A DNA stretch of 64,000 nucleotides from contig MU626375.1 of NCBI GenBank assembly GCA_025603075.1, forward strand, positions 1,868 to 65,867, written 5' to 3'. The notes under the pieces were generated by a model that did no database searches, was not told where the DNA came from, and saw only the letters and a list, made by a program, of their open reading frames with translations. A program made the position numbers and the translations under genes. The stretch comes from Neoconidiobolus thromboides FSU 785 (Eukaryota > Fungi > Entomophthoromycota). Positions 48,696 through 59,775 of the stretch are shown here, in pieces (the first letter of the stretch is position 1; each line of letters begins with the position of its first letter).

Positions 48696-50447
48696 ATGAA
48701 ACAACAAAATAGTTTAGATTCAAGTAAAAGAGGGCATAGATGTGATCAATGTGTTAAAAGACATCTCAAGTGTGATAGGTTGCTACCAAAATGCACAATG
48801 TGTATAAAGAAAGATATAGAATGTACTTTAAATAGGGAAATTATATACAATAAAAAAGCAAATATTGAATATGCATCAGGAAGGAAAATTGTTAAAACAA
48901 TATCTAAAGCCACTTCAATAGTTGATTGTATTCATGCAAAAGGAAAACGTAATTTAAAACAGCCTCAATCTAAAGAAATCAAATATCAACTACTAAAATT
49001 GCCAAAAGATTACAATTTTTCACACAGTATTCTTGGAATTTTTAACAAGTTTGAAAGAAAATCGTTATTAGAGAATCTGTTAATTTTTATTCAAAATCCT
49101 TCTCCATTTTTTCCTAGTAAAGGTTTAAATCTTTTCATGATATTAACAAATAAGTTAGGCTTGTTAGCATCCAAAACTAGGAGATTGGCTTTTATACCTG
49201 AAGTACCAAACAAAAGCACTTTTGATATTGGACCAATTTTAAAACAAGCTGTAACTAATTACTTTAAATTTGTTAATGTGGAATGTCCCTTATTCGATGA
49301 GACAAGATTTGATTTTACTTCACGTTCTTTCCATTTAAAATCGACAATATTTGTGGGTGGTCTTTTTTATATGGATCAAACGGAAACTGTAAAGAATTTG
49401 GTTAAGTATTTTGAAGAAAAGCTTTATAATTTTGTTTCGAATGTCCCTAGAATTAAACCTAATTTAGAGAATATACAAATAATACTAATATTAGTGACTA
49501 GCTTTACTAAATTTGAATGGATTGCCAATATTAGAGAATTCCTTTTGTTTCATTGCTATAGAATGTCGTTTGTGATAGGATTAAGCCAATCGTCAAAGAA
49601 ATTTTTTAAAGAGACCAATGCTGAACGAATTTACACTTACTGTCTATTAAGTGTATATTATAATGGATTCATATTAAATCTTGGATCTTATATCGCTGAA
49701 CCTGTATTTCCACTGCAGATGAATAGGTTGGATAACCATTTTAAGAGTAAATTTTCTCATTATGCTTTTGATTTTGACAAAGATGACAAGAATATACAAC
49801 AATGTTGTTTCTTTAAATTGCATGAATTTTATTATATTATAAGCACGCTTTTTTTCGACTTACATTTAATTAAAGGGGCAAACATAAAGGAAATTGAAGA
49901 CTATGTGAAATTTAATAGTGTTCTAAAAAAGCTCTTATTTAAAATACTTGTGGTTAAAGAAACGTATACCAGGGTTATGAATAATATTTTGGTAAAAATC
50001 AAAAATGAAAAATCTAAGTCAACTATTAAGGATTATCAAAATTGCATTAACTATTTTTATCATCATACTAACTTTTATATACATTCAATCCGATTCAATG
50101 CATCTAAAGAAAAAAAAGTTTATGAATACGAGGAATATATGTTTGATAATAATATTAATACAAACGTACTAAATCATATTAAGATTATAACTAAAGAATA
50201 TTATCTTGTAATTGATAGTATCGCTAAAACCTCACATAAATATACTCTTGGCCTTGATTATGCAATTTTATCTACTTGTCTAGTTCTGTTGATACGATAT
50301 GGAGGAAAGGAAGTTGAAACTATAATGTATATTCAAAAAGGGAAGGACTTATTAGAATTTTTACAAAAATCACCACTTTCTGCAAGGATATGTAAGTTTA
50401 ACTTAGCACTAATTGGCATTATTACAGAATCGTTAAAAATCCTCTAA
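48696..50447 (+). CDS. Zn(II)2Cys6 transcription factor, intronless long family
   Basis: ATG at 48696 (MKQQNSL, matching MEQRNSL of the 55050 paralog); CDQCVKRHLKC cluster. Confidence 0.9.
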   Translation: MKQQNSLDSSKRGHRCDQCVKRHLKCDRLLPKCTMCIKKDIECTLNREIIYNKKANIEYASGRKIVKTISKATSIVDCIHAKGKRNLKQPQSKEIKYQLLKLPKDYNFSHSILGIFNKFERKSLLENLLIFIQNPSPFFPSKGLNLFMILTNKLGLLASKTRRLAFIPEVPNKSTFDIGPILKQAVTNYFKFVNVECPLFDETRFDFTSRSFHLKSTIFVGGLFYMDQTETVKNLVKYFEEKLYNFVSNVPRIKPNLENIQIILILVTSFTKFEWIANIREFLLFHCYRMSFVIGLSQSSKKFFKETNAERIYTYCLLSVYYNGFILNLGSYIAEPVFPLQMNRLDNHFKSKFSHYAFDFDKDDKNIQQCCFFKLHEFYYIISTLFFDLHLIKGANIKEIEDYVKFNSVLKKLLFKILVVKETYTRVMNNILVKIKNEKSKSTIKDYQNCINYFYHHTNFYIHSIRFNASKEKKVYEYEEYMFDNNINTNVLNHIKIITKEYYLVIDSIAKTSHKYTLGLDYAILSTCLVLLIRYGGKEVETIMYIQKGKDLLEFLQKSPLSARICKFNLALIGIITESLKIL

Positions 50448-50890
50448 ATATACTAAAAGCATAACAATTTATGAATTTAATAAAGTTTAACTTAATATTT
50501 TTTTATCTTGTTTTATTTTTGATCTTCAGGCTTATAGTATTTTCTACCTTTATTAAAATTAATCTTAAAATTGAATCTTACATTAATATTGTACTAATTC
50601 ACTTAGTTTTATTTCAATTAAGATAAGATTATTAGAAAATATTATTACTTGAATCCTTCTGATTTACTTTATAAAAGCCTAGTTTCAAATCTTTAATCTG
50701 TATTTACTAAATGATCATAACGTTTATTCAAGAATTAATTTTTTGTAGTCAAGGTCGATTTAATATATAACATTTATTAGCTGTAAATCAATGATCATAC
50801 ATGTGTTATGGTTTTCAATGATATAATCAATTATATTGTATATCCTAGTTTTAATGGTAGATATATAATTTCTAATAATCTTTCAATCAT

Positions 50891-50997
50891 ATATAGAGAT
50901 GTTTTTCTTGGCTTCATTACTTTTTCTATCTTTTAAGTGCTATTTGAGTGAAAAAATTATCAGCAAAATTCTTAAATACAAAAATACATCACCATAT
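50891..50997 (-). mobile_element. MITE copy, first of a tandem pair
   Basis: ATATAGAGATGTTTTTC...ATACATCACCATAT. Confidence 0.88.
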
Positions 50998-51087
50998 GGG
51001 AATGTTTTTTTGGCTTATTTTTTCCATCTTTTAAGCACTACTTGAGTGGAAAAATTGTTAGTAAAATTCTTAAATATATCCCTATAT
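50994..51087 (-). mobile_element. MITE copy, second of the tandem pair; shares ATAT with the first
   Basis: ATATGGGAATGTTTTTTTGG...ATATCCCTATAT, with internal deletions. Confidence 0.85.
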
Positions 51088-51539
51088 TGAATATTTTTTT
51101 GTAATAAATTTTTATTTTTAATCCCAAGAATTTGGACAAGTTAATAACTACTCAATCTATTTCATATTAATCATCATACCTTTTCACAAGTTTAGCTAAT
51201 GAATATGATGGTTGTTGTGAAACAAACTAAATACTTAACAGTATGAATAAATTATCCTTAAATACATACAAAATTTTTCAAGAACCAAACAGTTGTATTT
51301 AACTGTCAATAGTTGATGCTAAGTGAATCATTAAGCTCATGAATTTAAAATACCAATTTATTTGAGAAGCAATAATTATATCTTAGTTAGCTTTACACAA
51401 AATTCTTAGTGAAAAATTTTTAATAGCACAAACCCAAGTTGAAAAATAGACACTAAAATAATAAAATTATAAACTTTTTTGTTTAAACAATTCAATCAGC
51501 CCAGAAACATAAGAACACAAAAGCGATAACTAAAAAAGG

Positions 51540-51710
51540 ATGGTAGTATTAAATTTGAGGAGCATTTATTCAAGGTTTCGTACCCCAGAAGAAGAGAGTG
51601 AAATTTCAAAATCAGCATTTTTAAAATTAGTTGGGTTTTTAGCTACTTGTGCAGTACTCACTTTAGTTACTAAGAAAAATTGGGCTCTACAACTCATTGG
51701 TAAAGTATAG
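51540..51710 (+). CDS. Small single-TM protein (56 aa), Tom5/Tom6-like candidate
   Basis: MVVLNLRSIYSRFRTPEEESEISKSAFLKLVGFLATCAVLTLVTKKNWALQLIGKV; below the track size cut-off; coding-like GC content. Confidence 0.45.
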   Translation: MVVLNLRSIYSRFRTPEEESEISKSAFLKLVGFLATCAVLTLVTKKNWALQLIGKV

Positions 51711-51801
51711 TTTTTTTCATTAATAGAAGCAAATAATAAATTTCACAAATTGGGAATCAAGTATAAGATGTAATTTGTTTTATTTCTGAACATTTTATAA
51801 G

Positions 51802-52108
51802 TTACCATTTTCTTTTTAACTAAAAATGAAATTAAGAGATTATTTAGAAGATAACCTATATTATTTACTTGATTCTGAACACAAAGTTTAAACTGCTCAA
51901 ACTCTTTACTACATATCCCTTTGCTTACTTCATAAAAATTTCTGTTTACGCAATTTCCATAGATTAGAGCCTAAAAATGAATGCTTATTGATAAAACTAT
52001 TTAGACTTCTAAAATAGTACTTACTGCTTCTGAGCATTGTACTGATGCTTGGGCTAGCTTACTTATATTTTTACGGGATGTACTTGTAAGCGGTATACTA
52101 GACTTCAT
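51802..52108 (-). CDS. NDUFAF8: Twin CX9C protein, NDUFAF8-like complex I assembly factor; exons 52108-52025, 51970-51869, 51819-51802
   Basis: Two phase-0 GT-AG introns (54 and 49 nt) give a 67-aa product with CSEAALIYGNC and CSKEFEQFKLC, ending LKRKW. Confidence 0.8.
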
Positions 52109-52517
52109 AACTTTTTTAAACAAAAGAATATTAATTGTAAAAAGAAGGCTTTTTTATTTTGCAAAAAATAATTGCGTTGATCAATAGTAGCTTGGAATAA
52201 CTAATAAACGTTTTTTAATAACTTTTTTTGTAAAGGATATAAAACAATTTAAAATAAAATAAAATAAGTTACAAACTCAAATGGTAGCTTATGAATTTTA
52301 TTTAGTCCATAATATCTGTATTAAATTACTAATATAAAAAAATCAAGAATGATGGAGAAAGAAAAATTAATTTAAGGAACGCCGCATTATTGGCTGATAT
52401 TTAAGTTTATTATTCATTACCCCATTCATTTCATAATAAATACCAAAAGTTTATAAAAGTGTCTCTTGTTTTTTAATTTATTAAGTTTAGAAAAAGTAGT
52501 AAGTAGAGAATAATATA

Positions 52518-54594
52518 ATGACCCTAATTCAACTTAGCAATCGGCAATTGAGTATAATATTTACTGTAATAATACTTATAAGTGTTGTGTTAATTATAAC
52601 TGGCATACCAATAGAAGCGAATAAAAATAAACTAGAGAGCAGTGTTACTACTAGTAATAAAGAGAAAATAATCTCTCCTTTAAATATTGAAACCATTATC
52701 AAAGAACAAGACATTTTTGGTGATGAGAAAGAGTTCTCCAAATCAGATGATGTAAACCATGATAAGCAAATAAGTCAAGAAAATAACAGTAACACTTCAA
52801 CTACAGCTGATACAGCAGCCACAACAACAGAATCAAACGATAATAAAAAAGAAAAAGAAACCAAAAAAGAAACTAAAGAAGAGAATGAGAATAAAATAAA
52901 TTCAGAGCATTTTGTATTGAGTGAAGATAAAATTGAAGATTACTCTTACTGTGAAGCGAATACTTTGAACGAAAACAGTTACTCTTCAATTGTAAGTTAT
53001 TATTATTGTTATTTTAGTTCATTTTTTTATGCTTTTTCATTAGAACGATCATGAATTAATTGCATTACATATTGTTACACGTCACGGGGATAGAACACCG
53101 ACAAAATTTTTACCATTGGGGTTAGAAAAAGATCCATGGAATTGTTTAGGAGAAAACAATAAAATAATAAATCCTAATAATGATGTGAAATTTATTGAAA
53201 GGGAAATGAAATTTGTACCAGAAGGATGCTCAACTAACAATTATTGTTTCAATAACCCATTTCAATCTTTTTATTGGCCAGGTAATTGTACAGATGGACA
53301 GTTGACAGAGAAAGGAATGATGCAATTAAATAACGTTGGAAAAAGGATCAATGATATTTATGTTAAAAAATTGAAGTTTTTAAGTGGCGACTTTAAGTCA
53401 GATGAATCTAAATTAGTATTAAGATCAACTAATATTTGGCGTACTCATCAATCGGCAAATGCGCTATTAAGTGGAATGTATGAACAAGCAAATAAATTTG
53501 AAATAAATGTAATGCCAATGGAATTAGAAACTTTATTACCATTACAAAAGATGTGTCCATTATTGAAAAAATTAGAACTTGAGCTAAAGCATAGTAAACT
53601 GTATAAGCAATTTTTAGCAAGTCTTGAAATTGAACGTAAAAAGATCGAAGACATCATTGGAGGGCCTAGACTTGGAGATCACAGCGATGCTATTGACTAT
53701 TACGTTGATATTTTTCAAGCAAGACAATGTCATCAATTTCCACCTGTATGTAAAAAAAATAAACTTAAGAATCAAACAGAATGTGTTACTAAAGAAATGA
53801 TTGACAAAATGATGATCCATGGTAATAGTGAAGTACGATTATTTTATCGTGATCACCCATTAGTTTATCCCCAATTAGCAAGATTAAGAATTGGAGGCTT
53901 TTTGATGGAACTAAAGAGAAATTTACTGATTAAAATCAGCAATTATTTTAATTTGAAATTTATTGAAGCGGAACATTTGACTTTATTCAACTCAGATTTG
54001 AAGTTTTTTTATTATTCCGCTCATGACACCTCAATCGCTGCTATCTTGGGTGCTTTACACTCGGATGATATGAAGTAAGCTTGTATGTTTTATTTATATA
54101 TAAATTAATAATTTGATAAAATTAGCTGGCCACCTTATGCCTCAAATTTAATATTTGAATTATGGGTAGCGAAAAATAAGACTATAAAAGATAAAGAAGA
54201 CATATTAAACCAAATTAAATTAAGAATGATTTATAATGGAAAGAAATTAGCGACTTCATGGTGTAAATTAGAAGAGTGCAACTTGACAACGTTCTTAAAT
54301 TATTTAGATAATTCACTTAATTTAGTTGGCGGCTTTGAGTTTTATAATCATTTTAATTTCTCAAATACTACCGTCACTTCTGTTGCAAGTGACGTTTCCT
54401 CAGCTTCCTCTTTTCCTTCTTTATCTATCCATTTACCTAGCCAGGATAGATCTGTACTTTCCCCTTCTTCAACTAAAAGTATTAGCGTTAATGGGTCTTT
54501 AGCTTCAACCACTAAACCTTCCACATCAACTCCATTATCACATCCTTTAACCACTTGGGACTTTTTACAAGAGTGTTGGATTGATTCAGAATAA
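52518..54594 (+). CDS. Histidine acid phosphatase (branch 2) with an N-terminal membrane anchor; exons 52518-52991, 53044-54074, 54126-54594
   Basis: RHGDRTP catalytic motif, SAHDTS, WPPYASNLIFELW after splicing. Confidence 0.9.
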
Positions 54595-54883
54595 ATAAAG
54601 TTGTGGTTGTTTTTTTAGAGTAGTAAGAATTATAATATTATTTTAATACCTTGTTAAATTTTAAATTGAGATTATCTATTTAAAAAGTAAATCACTTTAG
54701 AATAATGCAAGTGTAGCTTAAAAATTAAAACTTAATGGTGCTGTAAATGGATTTGTTTTATAGACTACTATGGTTTTCCTTTTAGTCTATTTTTATGAAT
54801 ATTTATTTATCACCTTTAAGATAATAATATACATCAATAATAACTTCCAGTTTATCATTATAAAAATAATTTAACAGCTCTTT

Positions 54884-54988
54884 ATATGAGAATATCTTTT
54901 TGGTTTCACCATTTTTTCTGTTTTTAAGCGCTACTTAAGTAGAAAGATTGCTAGTAAAATTCTTAAACAGAAAAATAAATCCCCATAT
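54884..54988 (-). mobile_element. MITE copy
   Basis: ATATGAGAATATC...AAATCCCCATAT. Confidence 0.85.
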
Positions 54989-55049
54989 GTTACTTTAAAT
55001 TGCTTTTCAAACATCAAGCTTATATTAAATTAGTATGAAAGTAAATAAG

Positions 55050-56915
55050 TTATGGTTTTATTGATTTTATGTTATTACTCAAAGACTCAGTTATAAGTTC
55101 AATTAATTTTAAATTTAACCCACATACCTTTAAAGCAAAAGGTAATGTCAATGAGGATTCTAATAGTCCCTTTCCTTTTTTAATGTATTTTAAAATTTCA
55201 TCATTATTTCTTCCATATCGTATTATAAAAACCAAACATGTTGAAATAAGAGGATAATCAAGAGTAAGAGTATATTTGTGATAACTTACAGCAGCACTAT
55301 CAATTACTAAATAGCACTGTTTGAGCGTATCTTTAATACGATTTAATATACTTATATTAATATTCTTATCAAGCTTATGTTCTTTATATTCATACGCTTT
55401 CTTTTCTTCAGAAACATCAAAATTAACAAAACTAATATAAAAGTTAATATGATGAAAAAAATAAACTATACAATTTTGATAATCCTCGATCGTTAATTTT
55501 AAATCATAGCTATTGATAAAAGGTAAAAATTCAGTCATAACAGTAATGTATTCTTCTTTAACTGCGAATGTTTTAAACGTAAGTCTTGATAGAAAGCTAT
55601 TTAATTTCATCTGATCATCACTTCCTTTTATCTTTTTCTCTTTGATTAGTCGTAAATCAAAATATAGCGTACTTGTTATATAATAAAATTCTTGAAGCTT
55701 TAAAAAACAGTATCTTTGGATATGTTTATCTTCTTTGTTGAAATCAATATTAGAGAGAGAAAGTTTACTTCTAAAATGCCTATTTAATTTCTTTAATCCC
55801 AATGGAAATACAGGCTCAGCAATATATGATCCAAAACTTAATAAGATTCCATTGTAAAAAGAATTTAATACGCAGTAAGTATAAGTTCGTTCAATGTTGG
55901 CCACTTTAGATAACTTCTTTGGTGGTTGACTCAATCCTATTATAAATGACATTCTATAGGAATGAAACAAAAGGTAATCTCTAATACCACCAATCCATGA
56001 AAAACATGGAATTCCAATTATTAGTATAAGTATTATTTGTATATTTTCTAAACTGGGCTTAATTCTAGGGACATTTGAAACAAAATGATAAAGCTTTCCC
56101 TCAAAATAACTAATTAGTTTTTTTACGATTTCCGTTTGCTTCATATAAAAGAGACCACCTGTAAATATTGCCGATTTTAAATTAAAAGAACGTGAAGTAA
56201 AATCAAACCTTGTTTCATCAAACAAAGGAATTGTTTTATTAATTGACGTAAAATAATTGGTTACTGCTTGCTTTAAAATTGGTCTAATATTAAAGGTGTT
56301 TTCATTTGGTACTTCTGGTACAAATATTAGCCTCTTAGGTTTGGATGCCAACAAACCTAACTTATCCGTTAGTATAATAAAAAGATTTAAGCCTTTACTA
56401 GGAAAATATGGCGACGGATTTTGAATAAAATTTAACAAATTTTCTAATAATGATTTCCTCTTAAATTTACTAAATATACCAATAATATTATATGAGAAAT
56501 CATAATCCTTTGGTAACTTTAGTAATTGATGTTTAGTTTCTTTTGACAATTTTAATAACTGGTTTTCATTTTTATCTTTTAATTTAACTGCCTGAGTTTT
56601 GTTTTCTTCTGGTTGAAACATTTTAGGAGCAATTACAGCCTCTTTTTTTGAAGTGAAGCTAACATTGACAACCTTAAATCTAAATTTATCTTTTCCAAAG
56701 GCTCTGTAATTACGTCTAATTCCCAAGTGCCCAGCTCCATACTCGGTGTCTTCGCTTTTATTATATATGACTTCTCTATTTAAGGTACATTCTATCTTTC
56801 TTTTTATACAATTTAAGCATTTAGGTAATACTCTATCACATTTAAGGTGCTTTTTAACACATGAATCACATCTATGTCCTCTTCTACTAAGCTTTAAACT
56901 ATTTCTCTGCTCCAT
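55050..56915 (-). CDS. Zn(II)2Cys6 transcription factor, intronless long family
   Basis: CDSCVKKHLKCDRVLPKCLNCIKRKIEC; close paralog of 48696..50447. Confidence 0.9.
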   Translation of the reverse strand: MEQRNSLKLSRRGHRCDSCVKKHLKCDRVLPKCLNCIKRKIECTLNREVIYNKSEDTEYGAGHLGIRRNYRAFGKDKFRFKVVNVSFTSKKEAVIAPKMFQPEENKTQAVKLKDKNENQLLKLSKETKHQLLKLPKDYDFSYNIIGIFSKFKRKSLLENLLNFIQNPSPYFPSKGLNLFIILTDKLGLLASKPKRLIFVPEVPNENTFNIRPILKQAVTNYFTSINKTIPLFDETRFDFTSRSFNLKSAIFTGGLFYMKQTEIVKKLISYFEGKLYHFVSNVPRIKPSLENIQIILILIIGIPCFSWIGGIRDYLLFHSYRMSFIIGLSQPPKKLSKVANIERTYTYCVLNSFYNGILLSFGSYIAEPVFPLGLKKLNRHFRSKLSLSNIDFNKEDKHIQRYCFLKLQEFYYITSTLYFDLRLIKEKKIKGSDDQMKLNSFLSRLTFKTFAVKEEYITVMTEFLPFINSYDLKLTIEDYQNCIVYFFHHINFYISFVNFDVSEEKKAYEYKEHKLDKNINISILNRIKDTLKQCYLVIDSAAVSYHKYTLTLDYPLISTCLVFIIRYGRNNDEILKYIKKGKGLLESSLTLPFALKVCGLNLKLIELITESLSNNIKSIKP

Positions 56916-57153
56916 AGACTGAAAAATATATAAATCATTATGTAATAAGTTGTTTAAACAATTTTAGCAAATACCCAATTAAAAAGTTAATCTTTACTTA
57001 AAGTATAAATTCAAATTATTCACTAATTTTGTTAAAGGCTAGCAAATTAAATAGAGTAATTTCCCAAAATTATGTCATACTTTATGCAAAATTATACTTT
57101 AACTAGCATTAAACTAATTTTTTATTCTATATTTGTTAAAAAGCCCCATTAAA

Positions 57154-57258
57154 ATATGGGAGTGTTTTTTTTAACTTCATTATTTTTTCCATTTTTGAAC
57201 GCTATTTAGCGGAAAAATTGTTAGTAAAATTCTTAAACACAAAAATACATCCACATAT
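57154..57258 (-). mobile_element. MITE copy
   Basis: ATATGGGAGTGTTTTTTTT...ATACATCCACATAT. Confidence 0.92.
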
Positions 57259-57718
57259 CTTATTTTCAACTCTTATCTACAAGAGTACCATGATTTTAGA
57301 AGTATATTATAAACATTATAAATACCTTTCATTATATCAGTAATTGGATAAAATCTAAAATATAATACGAATGTGTTAAAATTTAAAAACTATCGTAAGT
57401 TATAGTTCAATAAAATTAATATCATTACATTATATGATTTAATGAAGTAATTCAGTTTTTATTGTTTTTAATATTTATAGCTAAAATCATAATTCTTAAT
57501 ATTTAATGAAATGTACAAGTTTTTTTAATAGCAAAAACTAACATATTGGGACCATTGTTATGGTATTTCATTAAGCTTGTGCTTTTAACAATTATACCTT
57601 TTATACTAAATAAGATATCACATTTATATAAGAAGCTTAATCTAATAGAATGTATGTATTTAAAATTAAAATAAAAAATAGCACAATTATTACTAATTTG
57701 CACTTTATTTATTAGCTA

Positions 57719-59059
57719 TCAAATTAACTGCAAATTAATATCCGGGAATTCAACTTTAAAAAATTTAATATCAATTGGGTACCTTAGACCATTAGCTATT
57801 TGAAAAGTAATTGGGTTATTATAGTAGTAATAGTAACCTATAGTTGAAAAATAACGAAGATATCCTTTTCTAAATAAGACATATTCTATATTAGGAAATA
57901 AATACAGAATGTAAAATAAATTTTGAAGTGAAAGTTCATATTTTATAAAGCTTAATTTTTTAATTGATTTACACTGAATTAATTTCTTTTGGTTTTTTAA
58001 ACAAAAATAGTCGGGATTCTCTAATACATCATCATCACTATTCCAATCAAACTGACATAATTTAAAGGAGTCCTTTTCAAGGTAGTTCGAATTATATAAT
58101 TTTATGCTCTGGACGTTATTTGGTTCGGAAAGTCCATGGACTATTTCTTCGAATAACTCACTTTTGTTAATACTAATTTCATTTAAATTGAGCATTTTGT
58201 CTAAACTATTGAGATTTAAAAATAATTTTTGAATAAATCCCATAAATCTAATTTTAACATTCCTACTATCTTTAAATACTAACTCATCATATTTAAAATT
58301 TTGTAACTTTATAATTAACTTATGAAGCTGCGTTAAATCTCCAAAATAGTCTAAGTTGTAATTATCATCCATCTTCCCTTTGATTTTAAGTTCCTTAAGC
58401 TTAATAAAGTTGTTAGCTTTATTGTAGATACGTGGTATCTTCATATTATATGATGTGAGATGTAATGTGGTTAAATTTTTGAATTGTTTCAACGCTTCAA
58501 TCCCATTTAAATCTAAGAACATTATGGATTTAATCTTTAATACCTTCAACCCGGTTTTATTTAAGTACTCTAGGACATCACTTAGTGTCAGCGCCTTACT
58601 TATTAATTTAAGTTCACTTAATTGATGTAAACAGCTCTTAAACAAGTCAAAATAAATTCGAAAGTCCTCATAATTAACATCAACTGATAACTTTTTCAAA
58701 CTCAAAAATTCATTATGTATTAGATGACCATTCTTAGATAGCTTAAACTTGGAATTAAGGCTAAAATGCAAACATTTAATATATTGACATGAATTTAATG
58801 ATTCAAATTGGCTGACACTGGACACTGATAACTTCTTCATTTCATTCGGATTCTCTTTTATGAAGTTATGCTGTATTCTTTTATTAGCTTCTTTAAATTT
58901 TTGGTACTCTGAGTAAGTTAAATTGATAAATATTTGATTTCTAATTATTTGTTGGAACCTTTTACTAATTGATTGTAGCTTAAACAATTCTATAATATCA
59001 ATATACTCAAATACTCCTTTCAGTATAGCCCCAGGTAATAAATTTAGTTCGATATACAT
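57719..59059 (-). CDS. F-box / leucine-rich-repeat-like protein
   Basis: N-terminal LPGAILKGVFEYIDIIELFKLQSISKRFQQI (F-box pattern); recurrent LxxLxL motifs. Confidence 0.75.
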   Translation of the reverse strand: MYIELNLLPGAILKGVFEYIDIIELFKLQSISKRFQQIIRNQIFINLTYSEYQKFKEANKRIQHNFIKENPNEMKKLSVSSVSQFESLNSCQYIKCLHFSLNSKFKLSKNGHLIHNEFLSLKKLSVDVNYEDFRIYFDLFKSCLHQLSELKLISKALTLSDVLEYLNKTGLKVLKIKSIMFLDLNGIEALKQFKNLTTLHLTSYNMKIPRIYNKANNFIKLKELKIKGKMDDNYNLDYFGDLTQLHKLIIKLQNFKYDELVFKDSRNVKIRFMGFIQKLFLNLNSLDKMLNLNEISINKSELFEEIVHGLSEPNNVQSIKLYNSNYLEKDSFKLCQFDWNSDDDVLENPDYFCLKNQKKLIQCKSIKKLSFIKYELSLQNLFYILYLFPNIEYVLFRKGYLRYFSTIGYYYYYNNPITFQIANGLRYPIDIKFFKVEFPDINLQLI

Positions 59060-59669
59060 AGTTCAAAAGGGGTTTGAAAGGAACGTTTTTGCTGTATTTA
59101 TAAGCTCTTTATTCATATACTTGTTAAAATTATGTTTGATTGGGTAATAATCACGCTAGCAGTAATTTTGTAAGATTTGTATTTTTACTATTCAAATAGT
59201 ATCAAGGATACCAATATAAACATCCTTTGGTAGTTTAAATAAATCACTCTTTTTTCTTTTTATGTGATTATCTTAATTGTTTAAATCTTTCTTTTGAGCA
59301 AAACAAATGTACTATATGGGTGACAGTTTTTGTTTTTTTTATAAAGCACATGTTTAAAGCTACGCTTTTAACTTAGTAAAAAGGTGCTTGCTTCTTTTTC
59401 ATTATAATTTGATTTTTTTCCAAATATGTTCTTCAAAAACATGATTGGTTAGTTTAAAATTTATAAAGATAATATTACAGCTTCAATCATACAATAATTT
59501 TATAAATATTAATCAAAATATTAAAGCTTTATTGTAGCTAAAAGCTACATATCTCCATATCCTTTGTGCTTCTTACTGTTGTTTTGGATTAAAAGGGTAA
59601 AGTTAGCAAGTACACGGCTATGTGTCTCAGAAGTTTATGGCAAGCTTCATAGATGGCTAGAAAATTACT

Positions 59670-59775
59670 ATATGGGGATGTATTTTTGTGTTTAAGAATT
59701 TTATTAATAATTTTTCCGCTTAAATAGCGCTTAAAAATGGAAAAAATAATGAAGTCAAAAAAAACACTCCCATAT
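59670..59775 (+). mobile_element. MITE copy (close to consensus)
   Basis: ATATGGGGATGTATTTTTGTG...AAAACACTCCCATAT. Confidence 0.93.

Noticed and set aside
59319-59560. ATATGGG...CTCCATAT pair as a longer MITE relative
   Set aside because: Similarity ends after 7-8 bases and the interior is unrelated; plausible by chance in AT-rich DNA
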